A stretch of 32,000 nucleotides of DNA, from assembly GCF_000196355.1 (NCBI RefSeq), contig NC_007614.1:1380001-1412000 (forward strand), given 5' to 3'. Shown here one piece after another: positions 1 through 9,704 of the stretch. Below the pieces are notes generated by a model that saw only the letters and a program-made list of their open reading frames with translations, ran no database searches and had not been told where the DNA came from. The translations under genes were made by a program, and so were the position numbers. Numbering within the stretch: position 1 is the first letter of the stretch; each line of letters starts with the position of its first letter. The DNA comes from Nitrosospira multiformis ATCC 25196. Its GTDB lineage: Bacteria; Pseudomonadota; Gammaproteobacteria; Burkholderiales; Nitrosomonadaceae.

Positions 1-284
1 TAATTCACCGGGCGTGGATGGAGTCCGTTGCGAATATCCAGTATTTCGTTGAAATACCGCTTGTAGACCGGGTCGCCGGTGATCACATACGTGCGGGCCA
101 TGCGTGTGAGGTCGTTGGAGGTGTGAAGCAGTTCATCCCCGAGCAGCAGCGCCTGGAACCGGTGCCGTTCCGCGATGTTGATCTCCTGGCGAATACCCAT
201 CGAATGAAAGACGAGGGCACCGATCGCCGCAAGCAGGAGCGCAAGGGTGACATTGGAAAAACTGATAAAGTTTCTGATGTTCAT
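1..284 (-). CDS. N-terminal fragment (runs off the left edge) of a membrane-anchored sensor/signal-transduction protein
   Basis: Absent from the ORF track because it has no in-window stop. The reverse complement from ATG at 284-282 reads MNIRNFISFSNVTLALLLAAIGALVFHSMGIRQEINIAERHRFQALLLGDELLHTSNDLTRMARTYVITGDPVYKRYFNEILDIRNGLHPRPVN. That is one N-terminal TM helix followed by a helical segment with an R-x-Y-x-x-TGD-x-x-Y pattern, reminiscent of CHASE3/helical periplasmic sensor domains. The family call is from memory only. Confidence 0.45.
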   Translation of the reverse strand, partial: MNIRNFISFSNVTLALLLAAIGALVFHSMGIRQEINIAERHRFQALLLGDELLHTSNDLTRMARTYVITGDPVYKRYFNEILDIRNGLHPRPVN

Positions 285-539
285 AAACCCATCCCGCTGC
301 AATTGCCCGTCCATTTTCTATCGCATCAATTGCCTGTTTTAATTTTATACGCCTGGACTCCGGAGCGCGATTTATTTACAGACTCCTGTATCGAGCCGGG
401 GGGGATATACGGCAAGCGGCTTCCCTCCCGCTTTTCTAAAAGAAAGAACGGTAACCCGCTCTATTTCTTCATTTCCATGCAATGCTGTTGAAATGAACCG
501 GTGTTAGATTTCCTGGTATCAATCCACAGGAGGAAAAAG

Positions 540-1556
540 ATGCGTTCATATCACTCCCGGCTGGTTTTTGCGATTCTGGCAATTCTGCTTAGCTTCAGTG
601 CAGCGGTTGCCGCGCTGCATAGCATGTCCGCGAACTACAGTTCCGATGCAAGTCACAAAATGTTCGATGATTTCAACAAGGCGTTTATCAAGCACTGGAA
701 AACGCGAACGGGTGTGGAGGTGACGATCCGCCATGCGGAAAGCAAGCCAGGCATACCTCTCCGGGCGAATATAGATGGACTCGATGTTACGTCAATTGCT
801 CTGTCCTATGATCCGGAGATACTGCAAAAAACCAATAGATTTTCGTTACCTGACTGGCAAAAACCCCTCCCACGAAAATCACCATATACCTCAACCATTG
901 TCTTTCTGGTGCGCAATGGCAACCCGAAGAAGGTGCGGGATTGGAATGATCTCGCGAACCCGGGTATCGAGATTGTAACTTCCAATCCAAAGACTTCGGG
1001 GGATGCACGCTGGAGTTACCTGGCCGCCTGGGGGTATGCGCTCAAACAGTCCCGAGGAAGTGATGTAACGGCGATCGAATTCATAAAAAAAATATTTGGC
1101 AACGTAAAGACTCTGGAAAACGGAACGCGCAGTTCAGTAATAACTTTCGTCGAACGCGGCAGAGGGGATGTGCTGCTGATTTGGGAAAATGAAGCCCACC
1201 TGATCGTCAAAGAGCATGGTGGAGACAAATTTGAGATCATTACCCCCTCCTTCTCAATCCTGGCCGAACCCACTGTGAACATAGTAAGTGATGCCGCCTC
1301 ACAGAATGGAACGCGTGAAGTGGCCAAGGCTTACGTCGATTATCTCTACACACTGAAGGCCCAGGAAATAGCAGCCAGACACTATTATCGCCCGCGTGAT
1401 GAGAGGATAGCCGCCAGGTATTCGAGGCAATTTCCATCTCTCGAATTGTTTACCGTCGATGAAATGTTTGGAGGCTGGAAGGAGGCTCGAAACATCCATT
1501 TTGCGGACGGCGGCATTTTCGACCGAATTCAAACGCATTCAAGCGCGTTTCACTGA
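540..1556 (+). CDS. sbp: Sulfate/thiosulfate ABC transporter substrate-binding protein (Sbp/CysP family)
   Basis: ORF 501..1556. I prefer ATG 540, preceded by AGGAGG with a 6-nt spacer. It has a signal peptide (LVFAILAILLSFSAAVAALHS). The motif SNPKTSGDARWSYLAAWGYAL closely resembles the E. coli Sbp/CysP core. Confidence 0.9.
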   Translation: MRSYHSRLVFAILAILLSFSAAVAALHSMSANYSSDASHKMFDDFNKAFIKHWKTRTGVEVTIRHAESKPGIPLRANIDGLDVTSIALSYDPEILQKTNRFSLPDWQKPLPRKSPYTSTIVFLVRNGNPKKVRDWNDLANPGIEIVTSNPKTSGDARWSYLAAWGYALKQSRGSDVTAIEFIKKIFGNVKTLENGTRSSVITFVERGRGDVLLIWENEAHLIVKEHGGDKFEIITPSFSILAEPTVNIVSDAASQNGTREVAKAYVDYLYTLKAQEIAARHYYRPRDERIAARYSRQFPSLELFTVDEMFGGWKEARNIHFADGGIFDRIQTHSSAFH

Positions 1557-2025
1557 AATTGCAGCCGCCTGTCAGTATGGGAGTATTTCCAACTGACATT
1601 CATGCCTACCACAATCTTCTGCAAAAATTCCTCCTATCTTTCCGACTGTAATTTCCCCTCTTTCAAACCCGCAGCTTCGTCGAAATAATTCTTCCGGGTT
1701 TCTCACCTTTTTCTTTGTTGCTGACTGCTTTTTGCTTCAACCACCTTCAGCTCCTCAGTTTCCTTGAGGGGGAAGGTGGCCGCGAGCAGGAGCAGGCTTT
1801 TTGCACAACTATGCGTTTTGCAACAGAGACTTATGGTATTCGTCGAAATGCGGCTAATTGACTTTTTCCAATTTATGTGCGCCAGCGCACTGAGCCATAA
1901 GCGATAGCGCGAGATGATTGAATCGTAGGATCGTAAGCTAAGCCGGTGTGGAGCAGGGCATGGATGGCCTTTAGCTGCGCGTCATTGGCGACCCTTAATT
2001 CAAATCTAGTCGGGAGAAAAACAGC

Positions 2026-2625
2026 ATGAGTATTCAAAATAAATCGCTTGTTCTGACCATTGCGCTCATCAGTGCGCTTGCCTTCGCAGGTTGCGGAAAG
2101 AAAGAGGAGAAAGCCCCTGCCCCGGGGGAGCCGAAGTCGGAGGCTCAAACAGCTCCAACGACGATTGGCACCGAGATCGACGATACCGCGATTACTACTA
2201 AAGTAAAAACTGCGCTTCTGGCGGATGATTACGTCAAGGGACTGGATATCAAGGTGGAGACTCGTAAAGGGGAAGTTCAACTCAGTGGATACGTGGATAG
2301 CCAGGAGCAGATTGACAAAGCGGTTGCCATTGCGAAGGGTATTGAAGGCGTCAAAAACGTCAACAATGAAATGATGGTAAAAGGAGGCGAAGCCTCGGTA
2401 GGCGAAAAGATCGATGACACTATCATCACTACGAAGATCAAGGCTGCGCTGGCAGGGGATGACAATATCAAGAACAGTACTGACATCGCGGTAGAGACTC
2501 AGGAGGGGGAGGTTCAGCTTAGCGGTCATGCGAACGATCAGGCCCAGATGGATCGTGCCGTCGCGGTTGCACGAGGGGTTGAAGGGGTCAAGAACGTCGT
2601 CAATAAAATGAGCATCAAGGAATAG
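2026..2625 (+). CDS. OsmY-like lipoprotein with two BON domains
   Basis: Lipobox LAFAGC|GKK. Two repeats of the BON pattern are present (ITTKVKTALLADD..GLDIKVET.KGEVQLSGYV....Q...AV.IA.G.EGVK.V.N). Length and architecture match OsmY. Confidence 0.85.
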   Translation: MSIQNKSLVLTIALISALAFAGCGKKEEKAPAPGEPKSEAQTAPTTIGTEIDDTAITTKVKTALLADDYVKGLDIKVETRKGEVQLSGYVDSQEQIDKAVAIAKGIEGVKNVNNEMMVKGGEASVGEKIDDTIITTKIKAALAGDDNIKNSTDIAVETQEGEVQLSGHANDQAQMDRAVAVARGVEGVKNVVNKMSIKE

Positions 2626-2699
2626 GAATCAAAAGCGTCTGCACCGCGGCGCTTATTTCAGGACTTTTAACTCAATCAAACCAGAAAGAGGAGCTAAAA

Positions 2700-2918
2700 A
2701 TGAACTGGGATCAAGTAGAAGGCAACTGGAAGCAATTCAAGGGTAAAGTGAAAGAGCAGTGGGGCAAGCTCACCGACGATCATATCGACCAGATCGCCGG
2801 ACGGAAGGATCAACTCTCTGGCCAGATCCAGGAAACGTACGGGATCACGAAGGAAGAAGCCGAGAAACAGATCGACGAATGGGAAAAACAGCAGGATACA
2901 CATCGTCGCTCCTATTAA
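2700..2918 (+). CDS. CsbD/YjbJ-family general stress protein (copy 1)
   Basis: GNWKQFKGKVKEQWGKLTDD is nearly identical to the E. coli YjbJ N-terminus. SD GAGGAG lies upstream. Confidence 0.9.
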   Translation: MNWDQVEGNWKQFKGKVKEQWGKLTDDHIDQIAGRKDQLSGQIQETYGITKEEAEKQIDEWEKQQDTHRRSY

Positions 2919-2992
2919 AGAGAAAAGTGGACCGGTAGGGGGCTGGTTTGCCAGCCCAAGTACAAAATAAAACCATCAAAAACGAGGGAATC

Positions 2993-3571
2993 ATGCATAA
3001 ATCAAATGTCATTCTTGTCGCACTTGGCTTTTCAATCAGCTCCGCCCTGATGGCCCAGCAACATGCCTCGGGAGAACCTAAGTCGGAGGCTCAAACAGCT
3101 CCAACGACGATTGGCACCGAGATCGACGATACCGCGATTACCACTAAAGTAAAAACTGCGCTTCTGGCGGACGATCACGTCAAGGGGCTGGATATCAAGG
3201 TGGAGACGCGCAAGGGAGTGGTCCAGCTCAGCGGGTATGTGGATAGCCAGAAGCAGATTGACAAGGCCGTTGCGATTACAAAGGGTATCAAGGGGGTAAA
3301 ACACGTTGACAACAAAATGATGGTAAAGGGGGGCGAGGCCTCCGTCGGCGAGACGATAGATGACAGTATTATCAGCACCAAGGTCAAGGCCGCACTGGCG
3401 GGTGATGACAGCATCAAGAACAGTACTGACATCGCGGTGGAAACCCACGAAGGGAAGGTTCAACTCAGCGGGTATGCAAACGATAAAGCGCAGATGCATC
3501 GCGCCGTCGAGGTTGCCCGTGGCGTTGAAGGTGTCAAGAGCGTCGTCAATAAAATAAGCATCAAGCGATAG
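2993..3571 (+). CDS. BON-domain protein (copy 2), chimeric: non-lipoprotein signal peptide joined to two BON domains
   Basis: The track ORF starts at TTG 2948. ATG 2993 has SD GAGGGA and gives MHKSNVILVALGFSISSALMAQQ, with no lipobox Cys. From GEPKSEAQ onward it is colinear with ORF 2026..2625. Confidence 0.85.
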   Translation: MHKSNVILVALGFSISSALMAQQHASGEPKSEAQTAPTTIGTEIDDTAITTKVKTALLADDHVKGLDIKVETRKGVVQLSGYVDSQKQIDKAVAITKGIKGVKHVDNKMMVKGGEASVGETIDDSIISTKVKAALAGDDSIKNSTDIAVETHEGKVQLSGYANDKAQMHRAVEVARGVEGVKSVVNKISIKR

Positions 3572-3662
3572 GAATTCGAGATTGTCGACAGTAGATCGGT
3601 ATCAATGAGCATGCATGCTCAAGAGTTTTCAAACGGGATAAGCCTTAAAGGAGGAGCTAAAA

Positions 3663-3881
3663 ATGAACTGGGATCAAGTAGAAGGCAATTGGAAGCAATT
3701 CAAGGGTAAAGTGAAAGAGCAGTGGGGCAAGCTCACCGACGATCATATCGACCAGATCGCCGGACGGAAGGATCAACTCTCCGGCCAGATCCAGGAATCA
3801 TACGGAATCACGAAGGAAGAAGCCGAGAAACAGATCGACGAATGGGAAAAACGGCAGGACACGCATCATCGTTCCTATTGA
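3663..3881 (+). CDS. CsbD/YjbJ-family general stress protein (copy 2)
   Basis: 72 aa, with 3 aa differences from copy 1. The upstream AGGAGCTAAAAATG context is the same. Confidence 0.9.
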   Translation: MNWDQVEGNWKQFKGKVKEQWGKLTDDHIDQIAGRKDQLSGQIQESYGITKEEAEKQIDEWEKRQDTHHRSY

Positions 3882-3969
3882 AGGGAAAGGAAGGGAGAAA
3901 CGGGGAATGAAGGGCCGTTTGCCGTTTCTCTGTCCGAATCACAAGTCAAACTATCAAAGCGAGGGGATC

Positions 3970-4386
3970 ATGGGGAAATCAAATGTCATTCTTGTCGCAC
4001 TCGGCTTCGCGGTGAGTTCAGCCGTGGTAGCGCAGCAACAGCGGCTGCCATCCGATGTCTATGAAGTATATACGGCCGACAAGGAGCGCATCGAGCGTGA
4101 ATACAAGGCGGACAAGCAGCGCTGTGATTCCCTTGATGGCAATGCCGAGGATATATGTGAGGCGGAAGCCAAAGGTCGGGAAGAAGTTGCAAAGGCCGAG
4201 CTGGAAGATAAGTACAGGCCATCGAAAGAAAGCCGGTACGAAGTGCGGGCGGCAAAAGCGAAAGCTGACTATCGGGTGGCGAAAGAGCGATGTGATGACT
4301 TATCAGGCAATGTGAAGGATGTGTGTCTAGAAGAAGCAAAAGCTGCGCAAGCGGCTGCGATAGCGGATGCCAAGAGGGAAGATTAG
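3970..4386 (+). CDS. Secreted protein with two internal RC-D-x-L-x-GN-x-x-D-x-C-x-x-EAK repeats; unknown function
   Basis: The track ORF starts at 3907. ATG 3970 has SD GAGGGG and gives the signal peptide MGKSNVILVALGFAVSSAVVAQQ. The mature part is highly charged and helical with 4 Cys in two C-x8-C pairs (QRCDSLDGNAEDICEAEAK and ERCDDLSGNVKDVCLEEAK). Confidence 0.6.
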   Translation: MGKSNVILVALGFAVSSAVVAQQQRLPSDVYEVYTADKERIEREYKADKQRCDSLDGNAEDICEAEAKGREEVAKAELEDKYRPSKESRYEVRAAKAKADYRVAKERCDDLSGNVKDVCLEEAKAAQAAAIADAKRED

Positions 4387-4554
4387 GAATCTCTGGACAG
4401 ATTCCTCTTGCGGGAGGTTTTCCATCAGCACAATACTCAGAAGAGCGGGCTTGAGGAATATACCCCTGGCAAGTAAAGCAAGCGTCATCTAGCCCAGGCA
4501 GGATGCAAGGGCGGCGCTTGTCGATAACTTCATGATAATGAAAAGGAGGCTATC

Positions 4555-4704
4555 ATGCTTTACACAATCGCTGTTGTTTTGATCATCCTGTGGCTCTTGG
4601 GATTGGTCAGTTCCTATACGATGGGGGGCTTCATACACCTTCTTCTGGTAATAGCCATCGTAATGATTCTGCTTCGCGTAATCAGCGGGCGAAAACCGCT
4701 TTAA
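4555..4704 (+). CDS. 49-aa double-TM membrane peptide, lmo0937-family-like (below the ORF-track size cutoff)
   Basis: AGGAGG lies 5 nt upstream of ATG 4555. Translation: MLYTIAVVLIILWLLGLVSSYTMGGFIHLLLVIAIVMILLRVISGRKPL*. It matches the remembered pattern of lmo0937-type small stress membrane proteins (ILWLLG....GG.IHLLLVIA......GR). Confidence 0.6.
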   Translation: MLYTIAVVLIILWLLGLVSSYTMGGFIHLLLVIAIVMILLRVISGRKPL

Positions 4705-4750
4705 TTATTTACGCCCGTGACGCCGCAGGCGAGCCGATGAGGAGAATGAC

Positions 4751-5170
4751 ATGCAAAAGATAAGCGAAGTGATGAGTTCGGATGTGCAGACCATCAGCCC
4801 GGATGCAACCATTGAGGAGGCGGCCCAGGAAATGCGCGACGGCGACTTCGGGCTTTTGCCCGTGGGAGATGAAGAGCAGTTGCTGGGGGTCATCACTGAT
4901 CGAGACATTGCTATCAGAGCGGTCGCGGAGGGCAGGGGGCCAAGTACTCCCGTCAGTGAAATCATGTCCGAAGGCGTGATCTGGGCTCATGAGGATGATT
5001 CCATAGAGGAAGCAGCCGAGATCATGAGTGATAACCAGATTCGCCGCCTGCCGGTCGTAAACGCCGAACAACGACTGGTGGGAATCGTCTCTCTCGGAGA
5101 TTTTGCAGTGGATGCTTCCGATATCGGCCCGGTTGCGGATGCGCTTACCGAAATTTCCAATCCGTCGTGA
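4751..5170 (+). CDS. CBS-pair domain protein
   Basis: Two CBS motifs are present (VMSSDVQTISPDATIEEAAQEM....G.LPV ; IMSEGVIWAHEDDSIEEAAEIMSDNQIRRLPVV..EQRLVGIVSLGD). SD GAGGAG lies upstream. Confidence 0.85.
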   Translation: MQKISEVMSSDVQTISPDATIEEAAQEMRDGDFGLLPVGDEEQLLGVITDRDIAIRAVAEGRGPSTPVSEIMSEGVIWAHEDDSIEEAAEIMSDNQIRRLPVVNAEQRLVGIVSLGDFAVDASDIGPVADALTEISNPS

Positions 5171-5180
5171 GTTTATTCAG

Positions 5181-5211
5181 GAAAGCATTCGGGCTTCCTC
5201 CGGATGCTTTC
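5181..5211. terminator. Hairpin between the convergent CBS gene and guaA
   Basis: GAAAGCATTCGG / CCGGATGCTTTC forms a 12-bp stem (one G-U pair) with a 7-nt loop. It overlaps the guaA stop codon. No strong T-run follows. Confidence 0.4.
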
Positions 5212-6772
5212 ATTCCCACTCTATAGTGGCTGGCGGCTTGCCGGAGATATCATAGACCACGCGATTTATTCCACGTACTTCGTTCACGATGCGGCTGGAT
5301 ATTCTCGCGAGCAGGGCGTAAGGCAGTTCCGCCCAGCGTGCCGTCATGAAGTCCTCTGTCTGAACGGCGCGCAGGGCTACGACAAAATCATAAGTGCGGC
5401 CGTCGCCCATCACCCCCACCGATTTCACCGGTAGAAAGACCGCGAATGCCTGAGACGTTTTTTCATACCAGCCCGCATTGCGTAATTCCTCGATGAAGAT
5501 TGCATCGGCACGCCGCAATAACTCGGCATACTCGCGCTTGACTTCACCGAGAATACGCACTCCAAGCCCCGGTCCGGGAAAAGGGTGACGAAAGACCATA
5601 TCGTGCGGCAGCCCCAGGGTCAGTCCAAGCTCGCGTACTTCATCCTTGAACAATTCCCGCAATGGCTCCAGAAGCTTCAGATGCAATGTTTCCGGCAGGC
5701 CGCCGACATTGTGGTGGGATTTGATCGTGTTTGCCTTTTTTGTTTTGGCGCCGGCGGATTCGATGACGTCCGGATAAATCGTGCCCTGCGCAAGCCAGCG
5801 CGCATTAGCGATTTTTGCTGCTTCCCGCTGGAATACCTCGACGAATTCGCGTCCGATAATGCGGCGCTTCGCTTCCGGATCCGTAATGCCTTGCAAATGT
5901 CCTAAGAATTCTTCGCTGGCATCGACATGAATGACTTTTACGCCGAGATTCCGGCTGAAGGTGTCCATTACCTGTTCGGCCTCATTCAGGCGCAGCAGGC
6001 CGTTGTCCACGAAAACACAGGTAAGCTGCTTGCCAATAGCACGATGAATGAGTGCCGCTGCAACCGAGGAATCCACACCTCCGGACAGCCCTAGAATAAC
6101 CTCGTCCGGTCCCACTTCGGAACGGATTCTGCCAACCATTTCCTCCAGATAGTCGGGCATGTTCCAGTCATAAGCGAGTCCGCAAATTTCATGGACAAAC
6201 CTGTCTATAATGGCTTTGCCTTGCGGGGTATGAGTGACCTCCGGATGGAATTGCATTCCGTAGAACCTGCGCGCTCCATCCGCTATGGCAGCCAAGGGGG
6301 TGGCAGGATTGCTTGCCATGACCTGGAAACCGGGAGGAAGAGTGTTTACGCTGTCGCCGTGGCTCATCCACACATCCAGAAGCTTTTGGCGCGATGCATC
6401 AGTACGATCATGGATATCCTGAAGCAGGCCGGCAAGGTTTTTTACCTGCAATTCGGCGTAACCGAATTCCCGCACCTTCGAGTTTTCAACTGAACCACCC
6501 AACTGGGCCGCCATGGTTTGCATGCCATAGCAGATGCCCATTACCGGCACTCCCAGCTCAAAGACGATCTGGGGAGCGCGGGGCGTTTCATTCTCGGCCA
6601 CAGAGGCTGGCCCCCCGGAAAGGATAATGCCTGCCGGAGCGAAATTCCCGATGAATTGCGAGCTTATGTCAAAAGGATGAATTTCACAGTAGGCATTGCT
6701 TTCCCGCACGCGGCGGGCAATCAACTGCGTATATTGGGAACCAAAGTCAAGGATGAGTATTTTTTGATGCAT
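5210..6772 (-). CDS. guaA: GMP synthase (glutamine-hydrolysing)
   Basis: GATase domain ([27 protein letters not shown]), ATP-PPase P-loop SGGVDSS, and a C-terminus ending PATIEWE. I prefer ATG at 6772 to the TTG at 6778. Confidence 0.97.
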
Positions 6773-6931
6773 GACCAAAGCTCTCGGACCCGATCATAGG
6801 AGCATTCAGAGAGCGGGAATTCGTCCTAAAATGTATTGCTGTCAGTGAAGAGGGGAGGAAAGCAGCAGGGCAACCGAAGGTGCAACAGTTAGGCTGAGAC
6901 ATATGTTATTGCCATGCACCGTCATTTCCGC

Positions 6932-8404
<1,473 letters not shown>

Positions 8405-8584
8405 TCACAAAGCGGCATTATAGCGAACATGGATGCTATGGGGAATCATCCCGAACGAAGACGAAGCGCAGGAACGATCGAAGCTTTCCTATCTGTTCAT
8501 GCCGTAGGCCACTTGTCGCAATTGTTCACGGCGCACCTCCATTCACAAGCTTGGTTCTTATTTTCGTTCCGGGGTGATGCACAA

Positions 8585-8875
8585 TCACCGTTTTTTTGCA
8601 CGCTTCCTGCGGGCTTCCTTGGGATCGACCCTCAGAGTACGGTAAATTTCTATCCGGTCGCGATCGCGCAGAACCGTGGTTGGCGGGACCAGTTTGCCAT
8701 ATATACCGAGCTTGTTTTTCAGGAGGTCGATCTCGGGAAACCGGGGGAGGATGCCGGATAGTTTTACCGCTTGTTCCACGGTAGTGCCCTCCGGCAAATT
8801 CATCTGCCGTACAACCTGTCTCTCCGGCAATGCATACACCACTTCGATATCAATATTCCGACCAGGAACTTCCAT
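8585..8875 (-). CDS. ratB: RnfH-family (UPF0125, ubiquitin-like fold) protein
   Basis: IEVVYALPERQ...LPEGTTVEQAV..SGIL..FPEIDL..NKLGIYGKLV....L.DRDRIEIYR.L..DPKE.RR. It sits downstream of ratA and divergent from smpB, as in E. coli. Confidence 0.85.
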   Translation of the reverse strand: MEVPGRNIDIEVVYALPERQVVRQMNLPEGTTVEQAVKLSGILPRFPEIDLLKNKLGIYGKLVPPTTVLRDRDRIEIYRTLRVDPKEARRKRAKKR

Positions 8876-8899
8876 AGACTTCCCGCCGTCAATACCCGA

Positions 8900-9337
8900 T
8901 CAGGAATTCCCATAAACTTCTTCTGCGCGCTCGATGAATGCTTCCACGAAGCTATTGGCAATGACAAAGAAGACGGGCCCTACCAGTTTTTCCAGAAATA
9001 TGTGCGAGAACGTGTAGTGCAGGCGAAACTCGATCTTGCATGCATTTTCCGCGAGGGGAATGAAGCGCCAGTGCCCATCCAGGTTCTGGAACGGCCCGTT
9101 CAATAATGTCATTGTGATCAGCTCTGGCGGCTTGCGTACGTTCTCGGTCGTGAAACTGTGCTTGATGTGATGATAATCGATCATGATGGTAGCATGGGTG
9201 ACCGCCTCGCTTTTATGCACAACGGAAGACCCCCCGCACCAGGGTAAGAATTTCGGATAATCCTCCACTGCATCCACCAGTTCGAACATGCGGCTTGCGG
9301 AATAACCGATCAGAACCGATTTTTCGATGTCAGCCAT
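8900..9337 (-). CDS. ratA: SRPBCC-fold RatA/CoQ10-like protein (annotated as type II TA RatA-family toxin)
   Basis: Length 145 aa. VEDYPKFLPWC motif. Conserved ratA-ratB/smpB neighbourhood. Confidence 0.85.
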   Translation of the reverse strand: MADIEKSVLIGYSASRMFELVDAVEDYPKFLPWCGGSSVVHKSEAVTHATIMIDYHHIKHSFTTENVRKPPELITMTLLNGPFQNLDGHWRFIPLAENACKIEFRLHYTFSHIFLEKLVGPVFFVIANSFVEAFIERAEEVYGNS

Positions 9338-9704
9338 GCGATGAATTGCCCCGCTTCAGCGAGACAGTATGAAACCTTAAATTGATGGCGGACTGCTCGT
9401 TTTTTGACTTGGAAAATTGATACATATGCATTGTTTTAGTTGCTTGGGTGTTTCCAGCCTATGAACCTGCCGGAGCCTGAACTCCGGCCGGAGCTGCGTC
9501 AGTGCTCCAGCTTGTCCATCTGCCGAATTCAAGGCGAAAGCTGTTAAAATACACGAAACCCGCGTTGAACTCACCCTTTTTCTTCCCTTGAGGACATATC
9601 CAGGGATTTCTTGAACATCGTACCTCCTTATATCGTACCTTTTATTCTTTGCGCCCCTTTGCACTCTTTGTGAGCAGCGAGCACCTTGTCTTGAGAATCC
9701 CTGA

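Larger units (their letters stand above)
2122..4040 (+). repeat. Head-to-tail tandem duplication, units ~2122-3063 and ~3068-4040 (mature BON + CsbD + spacer + signal-peptide start)
   Basis: Manual alignment gives these offsets between copies: 946 nt through the BON body, 963 nt at the CsbD ATGs, 977 nt at the ...CAGCAACA right boundary. The end of unit 1 (3063) lies within about 5 nt of the start of unit 2 (3068). Confidence 0.85.

Noticed and set aside
18-491. 157-aa plus-strand ORF at the left edge
   Set aside because: Positions 18-284 are antisense to a much more protein-like minus-strand sensor N-terminus. The rest is the sbp upstream region. There is no RBS and the sequence is not protein-like.
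501-539. Upstream alternative starts given by the track (GTG 501 for sbp, TTG 2948 for BON2, 3907 for the Cys-repeat gene, 17059 for ccmD, 20648 for the GNAT gene, 23521 for the Trp-rich ORF)
   Set aside because: In each case an internal ATG has a proper SD and yields a sensible N-terminus: a signal peptide, ATGA coupling or the family-typical start. The extensions add non-protein-like residues.
1873-2529. 218-aa minus-strand ORF; likewise 3032..3499 (155 aa)
   Set aside because: They are antisense to the two BON genes. They appear twice only because the region is duplicated.
3605-3621. 16-nt perfect palindrome TGAGCATGCATGCTCA, and the 12-mer ATGAGCATGCAT shared with 11441-11452
   Set aside because: A single shared 12-mer built around the self-complementary GCATGC is compatible with chance. 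There is no third copy and no positional logic. It may simply be a small hairpin in the BON2-CsbD2 spacer.
9338-9704. Possible tmRNA (ssrA) or other RNA gene in the 367-bp gap next to smpB
   Set aside because: I found no tRNA-like acceptor/T-arm end, no ANDENYALAA-type tag reading frame and no CCA-proximal structure. Only a short hairpin (CCGGAG-cctgaa-CTCCGG) is present. The minus-strand ORFs 9377..9712 and 9642..10079 overlap smpB and look non-coding.
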